In this document: piece after piece, positions 60,101 through 64,000 of the stretch
Layout: every line of letters starts with the position of its first letter
How positions within the stretch are numbered: the stretch's first letter is position 1
Assembly (NCBI GenBank): GCA_950097015.1
Contig: CATNEN010000002.1
Span: 6,572,001-6,636,000 of the forward strand
Direction: 5' to 3'
Source of the DNA: Macrostomum hystrix
Taxonomy: Eukaryota; Animalia; Platyhelminthes
DNA: 64,000 nucleotides
Made by a program: the position numbers and the translations under genes
Notes under the pieces: model-generated
The model's input: only the letters and a program-made list of their open reading frames with translations
What the model was told of the DNA's origin: nothing
The model's database searches: none

Positions 60101-62013
60101 GTTTTTTGTTTTAATGTTTTAATTTTGTCTCACTGTGGACTATATTATCCAGACCTTCTATTTTTGGCATAGACGGCCAGTCATTAGACAATCATAGCAT
60201 CTATTATTCTGCTATCCTAGAGCTGCTTGTACTCTAATTCGGTTGCTGCAAAACGGCGAGTTTCGTATTGTGCGACACGTCGTTCAGCCACAGCTGCTGT
60301 TAGCTCTAGCTTCAGTTTGGGCTGAAAAATATGAGAACAGTTGAAATTCAATTTATTATTGCGCAGCGGGGCTGGATATGAGGGCTTTGAAATCCAAGGC
60401 TTCATCGGACAATTCGACTTTCAAGTCCGATAAGTGCTCTTTGATCTGCCTGATGGACGGGATTGCTGCTTCGACTCAGCTTCTAGGAGCAGTTATGAAA
60501 GGGCGGCCGAACTAAACACCGCAGCTAAAGCCCTTGATTATCCCCCAAACTCTTTTAAATAGTCGGCGAAGTGATTACGCCCTGGGAATTCTAGGAGTGG
60601 GATCATTTTCAGGATCAGAGTCGTGAGAGGGTATTAGCGGTATTAGCCTTTCGGCTTACTACCTGCGCGTGATCCCCTGGTCTCATTATTTCGGTTCAGC
60701 CTGCAGCTCGAAAATCTTCTTCTGCGTGCTGACTTTTTGTGATTTTGGAACTCTCTGCTAACTTTAGACTAAATTTCTTAAGTTCGTTTTATGATCTTGC
60801 TTCTGAGAAGTACGAGTTCTAAGTGATATTCACAAGTCTTCCGAATCGGCCGTTCCTTCGTTTTTTGGCACGACAGAATGTTTTCAAATTGCAACTGATC
60901 AGTCAAGGGAATTCCATGGGAAATCCATGCAAAGTACCAAGGGGGGATCCCCTGGGGTGGTGACTGATTGATTGGTGGACAGACTAGGCGATGGTGTCCT
61001 GTGGTTGATCTGGGCCTAATATTTAGGTGATCAGTGAAATAAGAGAAATTCGCGTCAGGGTGTCCATAGTGGCCTATTTCCACCAGTTGTAGCTCTTGAA
61101 GGTCCAGCAGTCCGTCTAGATAAAGGTAGGTGACCACCGAAGTCGGAGATGATGCAGGCACATTTGGGTGACATGCTGATAAGTTTTGAAGGCCTAGCAA
61201 GGCCGCACTGAGGCGCAGTGCTAATTCGTGTTTGGGGTGTATGAAATACACTAGCGCTTATGGGAAAAATCTGACCTTCGGCAAAAAACCATTGAATATC
61301 TCGACGGTCTGAAAAGCTGGCGACTTGATTCTTGTTTCAGAAGATGCGCAACAAAAAGTTGGCCCGTGTTCTTGAGTTTCGTGGGCTCGCGTTGCTCCGT
61401 TCGGGTGCGGGGGGGGGTATTCCCCCCTTGGTAGTTTTATTGTTAAACTGCGATATAGTAAAAACGCGCTTCAAAATCGATGGGGAATTATTGAAGGACC
61501 GACGATTGATGATTTTTACGGAGAGATTAAATAAAAATGGCTTATTTAATAAAGCTAATTAGACAGGTGTTTAATCATGCACCAACCCCAATTCCATAAA
61601 GATATTAGGCCCTCCAGGCAAATTACCCCTTAAGAAAATTCTAGAAACGGAAGCTCGATCACTTCCGTTTCCATTTTTCCCGTCTTATTTGGTTGATTGT
61701 TGTGCCCATTAGAAACCTAAATCAATTTATTAAACCAGTTAATTAGGAAATTAAAGTCAGGGCAGGTGTAAGTGTGAGTGTGTGTTCAGGGTTCAGCCAA
61801 TTTTGCACAATTTCTTTCTCGCTGGCTTCGGGTCTACAATCGATTGTAGTGATTAACTCGAAGCTTCTCAAACTCAACTCGCAGCTGTCAGCGGAGCGCG
61901 AGGAGGCCTACCTGAGGCTGGAGACAAAGCGTCAGGAGCTTGCCAGGGATCGTGACACCCTCGAACGGGAGCGTCAGGAGCTGGACCGGGTGGTCACCAT
62001 TGCCGACAAGTGA
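31983..62013 (+). CDS. Uncharacterised coiled-coil (E/R/Q/K-rich) protein, about 618 aa, 10 exons
   Basis: Exons 31983-32137 (GC donor), 32972-33236, 39778-39922, 40111-40208, 42626-42727 (acceptor ambiguous by 2 nt), 42910-42977, 56090-56371, 58350-58734, 59171-59398 and 61885-62013. Phases 2,0,1,0,0,2,2,0,0 join into one ORF with heptad-like charged helices. Family not recognised. Confidence 0.75.
32300..32830. repeat. Degenerate 23-bp minisatellite in intron 1
   Basis: Unit ttctaggaaag(c/t)tgtagcttcga. Confidence 0.85.
33345..34247 (+). repeat. 28-bp minisatellite (about 32 copies) in intron 2
   Basis: Unit ggtgagattctggggatctagggaattt. Confidence 0.96.
34803..35402. repeat. 15-bp minisatellite (about 40 copies) in intron 2
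   Basis: Unit ctcac(t/c)aatcccaca. Confidence 0.96.
36006..39783 (+). repeat. 3.8-kb 16/19-bp minisatellite with higher-order blocks, ending at the exon 3 acceptor
   Basis: Units cacttcacagtccaga and cacttcacagtccaccaga. The variant tcctgacac recurs at 36607, 37382, 37849 and 38624 (775 and 1242 bp spacings). Confidence 0.97.
40209..42623 (+). repeat. 73-bp unit x33 that makes up the whole of intron 4; each unit is GTGAGT...CAG
   Basis: Unit gtgagtgcctgcgatgccagataaacaatctgtaatttatcagcaatcgactgatgtagggggtgag(t/a)ggcag. 2415 bp = 33x73 + 6 single-base insertions. Confidence 0.97.
43205..43525 (+). mobile_element. Family R1 copy C (5' part)
   Basis: TTAA|CAGTAGAACTACCAAG terminus followed by the R1 core sequence. 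Confidence 0.75.
44508..45518 (+). CDS. Alpha-carbonic anhydrase copy 1, intronless, signal peptide plus C-terminal hydrophobic (GPI-like) tail
   Basis: Motifs QSPI, NDGH, HWHWG, GSEH, EGHLV, GLAVLG, YSGSLTTPDC and NFRP, with the extracellular Cys pair. TATAAAA at 44424. Confidence 0.95.
   Translation: MICFVFNLLLLLPAAQPAPAYDYETNDPSKWPSEFKTWCGDRVQSPIKLEIGASTYDTDMPAYTITEDSLTGVKYMAFNDGHKISIAFAPTAPNISVPGHPGSCFRPHSVHWHWGADDTMGSEHWIEGRRFPMEGHLVSWNCQFYSSFSDALDGFGGLAVLGTAYEVDSSVTSYGSGLANLVSMLATDPRLQQCSDCKNESFVPPMVPMNAFPIVDLLPSDRSQYYLYSGSLTTPDCRENVMWTVYRQSVKIPPSVLATLRSLKYPDGSAMVSNFRPPVPLNPADPFGARRMVVRSFNTGGSVLLPSAASWLRANSWNSWALSLAAVIALSIGADR
46876..47026. mobile_element. Long imperfect palindrome, Crypton-type non-autonomous element (tentative)
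   Basis: Paired arms taaacgc.gtttaattca/tgaattaaac.gcgttta, ggttagaat/attctaacc, tccgaggctgc/gcagcctcgga and aatggtc/gaccatt around GGCTCGCTACGCTCGCC. Confidence 0.55.
47084..47910 (-). mobile_element. Decayed IS630/Tc1-like transposase N-terminal (HTH) fragment
   Basis: ORF 47532-47768 (AIEQGSSVQEAARVLQLSVSTAYRI) continues in another frame as EMRAYLLTRVEQNPFLTL. No catalytic domain seen. Confidence 0.5.
48145..49474 (-). mobile_element. Full-length Tc1-like transposon, transposase disrupted
   Basis: TIRs CACTCAGCAACATTGAAAAGTTTCCACCCT (30 bp perfect, 35/36 extended) with TA TSD. HTH ORF 48962-49357 and ORF 48552-48908 (RKRPRLT, VIFADENRF, VWAGI). Confidence 0.93.
49980..51066. repeat. 16-bp minisatellite (about 67 copies)
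   Basis: Unit gataagacatgtgtga. Confidence 0.96.
51624..52658 (+). CDS. Alpha-carbonic anhydrase copy 2, intronless, signal peptide plus GPI-like tail
   Basis: Near-identical to copy 1 with the same catalytic motifs. First ATG at 51624 (alternative 51651). TATAAAA at 51539. Confidence 0.95.
   Translation: MHTSTTCLLMPPLLLLLLLLPAVQPAPLFDYETNDPSKWPTMFKKWCGGRTQSPIKLEIGASTYDTDMPAYTITEDSLAGVKYMAFNDGHKISIAFAPTAPNVSVPGHPGSCFRPHSIHWHWGASDAQGAEHWIEGKQFPLEGHVVMWNCQFYSSFSDALDGFGGLAVLGTAYEVDSSVTSYGSGLANLVSMLATEPRLQQCADCKNESFVPPMVPMNAFPIVDLLPSDRSQYYLYSGSLTTPDCRENVMWTVYRQSVKIPPSVLATLRSLKYPDGSAMVSNFRPPVPLNPADPFGARRVVVRSFNTGGSVLLPSAASWLRANSWNSWALSLATVIALSLGADR
53083..53673 (-). mobile_element. Internally deleted Tc1 (DD34E) element
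   Basis: TIRs TACTCAGCAACAGCTAAACCCCCC(C)AACTC. Retains LQDDNAAPHRA and WPSKSPDMNPIEHVW, with D-x34-E spacing after removing one extra base. Confidence 0.9.
54373..54380 (+). promoter_or_regulatory. TATA box upstream of carbonic anhydrase copy 3
   Basis: TATAAAAG 83 bp upstream of the ATG at 54456. Confidence 0.55.
54456..55382 (+). CDS. Alpha-carbonic anhydrase copy 3, intronless, lacks the C-terminal anchor (predicted secreted)
   Basis: Catalytic motifs intact and N-terminus distinct. Ends RSFRGSS*, and homology to copies 1/2 stops at ~55377. Confidence 0.92.
   Translation: MLTIVTYLLSPLLLLLLRLPAAQLAPAYDYYETNNPSKWASVYKHCGGRYQSPIKLDLSRSSYDTDMPAYTITEDSLAGVKYMAFNDGHKISIAFAPTAPNVSVPGHPGSCFRPHSVHWHWGASDAHGAEHWIEGKQFPLEGHVVMWNCQFYSSFSDALDGFGGLAVLGTAYEVDSSVTSYGSGLANLVSMLATEPRLQQCADCKNESFVPPMVPMNAFPIVDLLPSDRSQYYLYSGSLTTPDCRENVMWTVYRQSVKIPPSVLATLRSLKYPDGSAMVSNFRPPVPLNPADPFGARRVVVRSFRGSS
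56405..56580. repeat. Degenerate repeat of cccatagacagttt in intron 7
   Basis: About 8 imperfect copies directly after the exon 7 donor. Confidence 0.75.
57336..58346. repeat. (TCAC)n microsatellite, about 1 kb, abutting the exon 8 acceptor
   Basis: ctcactcact...ctcactcag|GCACGG. Confidence 0.98.
60710..61442 (-). mobile_element. Family R1 copy D (inverted)
   Basis: Reverse complement of the R1 core. Terminus CTTGGTAGTTTTATTG|TTAA. Shares the 3' extension with 9125-9330. Confidence 0.8.
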
Positions 62014-62097
62014 AGGACGGGTCTGCGTTTGAAATCATGACGGACAAGCCAGGTGTAAAATGCTTTTTTTTCGAAAAAGTTTATAGGTGACAAACGA

Positions 62098-62270
62098 TGA
62101 GTGCCATTTTTAAATGACAATTGCCATTTCTAGATAACGAGTGCCATATTTAACTGACGAGTGTCGTTCTTAAATGGCGCGTGTCATTACTAATTGATAA
62201 GTGTCATTTTTAATGACGGGTGTCATTTCTAGTTGACGTACCTGTCATTCTTGCGAATAAACAAGCGAGT
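62098..62270. repeat. Degenerate ~20-bp tandem repeat (about 8 copies)
   Basis: Unit approximately gagtgccatttttaaatgac. Confidence 0.7.
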
Positions 62271-63660
62271 GACATTTAAGTAGCTGTTGTAACTAATAAT
62301 AATTTCGTACAATTTTTTGGTTTACCATTTCGATAACTGAAAACGACAGATATTTTTACAATGTGCGACATTGTTTGTTTGCTTAGAAGCTTCCGGCCTC
62401 CTCTAAACTCTAAGCTCAATCAGAAGCTCATTGTGTTGAATCTCTCATTCCACTTACTTGTGACATTGTGGTAATACCGGAACACTGAATGCACTGAGGA
62501 TATAAGCTTCAAAAAGAATTTTCTTTCCTTTTAAAACCAGTTTTGTGTTAATTTTTAACGTGTTTTTTTATAGAGAAGGTATTTTCTGTAAAATTTTAAT
62601 CCTTTAATGCAGAAGGACTATGTATTTTTTTTCCTAGATCTCTTGGATCTTGTATTTTCGAGTATTTTTTTTCTTATAAAATCTGACTTTTCTTAGACTG
62701 CCTTTTTACCTTGAACAGATGAATAAATAAATAAATGCTTTATAATCCCCTTTGTTAGAGAAACCAATTAGTTAATGCTAACAAAGCCTTGATTGTTTTT
62801 ATCATGTTCGAGGGATTTGATTGGTTGGTTTTTTGGTCTGACAATATTTCTCTATCTTACATTTTCTTCAGTTCAATTCTAATTGGCTGGATTGATTTTC
62901 CCTTACCCCAATTTTTCACCCACCTCACTCCGATCGATATTTTTTTAAGTATTTGATTGGCCGGCAGTAAAAAGCATTCTGGGTTATTTGCGCGGCACGG
63001 AGCAATCCCCATTGGTTTATTTTCCTTATCTAGCTCTATTTTTAGAATTACGCTCGTAGTAGATTTACTAAAATCAAATTGTTATTTTTTCAGTTAGTGT
63101 GTCGAATTAGTGTTTAAAAAAGCTGTTCGTTTAAGAACTGCAAAGAATAATTTGGACAGAACAAAGCAAAACTCTCCGCTAAAGAGAAATAGGTTCAGCT
63201 TCTACCAGCACAGCAGGAGCTCACTGCAAGAGCGCGAGGGTAGCAGCTGATGCTAATCCGCTGTCCAATGCAGACTGCACCCGCGCTGCCACCGCGGAAA
63301 GTCCGTTATTTATAGCCCCCTTAGTTACAGACAGAGTGAGTAATTGCTCTGTGTAGCAACAGTATAACAACAACAGCTGTTAGCGGCTGGCCCTGTGTGA
63401 CCTGAAGCGGAGGGCCACTGAATTAAACTTATTTTTCTCACTCTCGGCTTTCTCTCATTCTCACATCAGAGCTACCGCCACTGCAGCGTTTGATCTCCGC
63501 GCGAGTCTCAGAGCTCCAGTTACTGTGTGGAGTTTAATTGCAAGGTTGAGCTTCTGAGTGCTAAATGGCTATTCCTAGCGTTATAGTCATTTTATACTCT
63601 GAGTAGTTTATCAGCACGGGATCGCTGTTCTAACTCATGATGCCAAAATGCTCATCTGGC

Positions 63661-64000
63661 TACTCATCAATCTACTTATCTAGCTACTCATCAATCTACT
63701 TATCTAGCTACTCATCAATCTACTTATCTAGCTACTCATCTATCTACTTATCTAGCTACTCATCAATCTACTTATCTAGCTACTCATCAATCTACTTATC
63801 TAGCTACTCATCAATCTACTTATCTAGCTACTCATCTATCTACTTATCTAGCTACTCATCAATCTACTTATCTAGCTGCTCATCAATCTACTTATCTAGC
63901 TGCTCATCAATCTACTTATCTAGCTACTCATCAATCTACTTATCTAGCTACTCATCAATCTACTTATCTACCTACTCATCAATCTACTTATCTAGCTACT
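63661..64000. repeat. 24-bp minisatellite running off the window end
   Basis: Unit tactcatcaatctacttatctagc, about 14 copies. Confidence 0.96.

Overview
Eukaryotic (animal) genomic DNA with GC-rich exons, AT-rich intergenic DNA and introns filled with minisatellites. The style suggests a flatworm such as Macrostomum, but that is inference only. In order, the window holds: the 3' part of a decayed Ty3/Gypsy LTR retrotransposon (1-3876); a 9-exon multi-domain Ly6/uPAR-like GPI-anchored protein gene (-); ATP synthase OSCP (-); a complete 5-exon UHRF1 (-); nested MITEs; a fibrinogen-domain pseudogene; an RTE LINE fragment; a ZC2HC1A-like gene (+); and a 30-kb, 10-exon coiled-coil gene (+, 31983-62013). 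Intron 6 of that last gene carries three intronless alpha-carbonic anhydrase copies on the same strand plus Tc1/mariner elements. The most striking signal is that several intronic tandem arrays are built from splice signals. The clearest case is a 73-nt unit that is itself a complete GT...AG mini-intron, repeated 33 times head-to-tail (40209-42623), giving 32 zero-exon AG|GT junctions. Exon boundaries were read by eye from GT/AG signals and frame continuity, with no transcript evidence.
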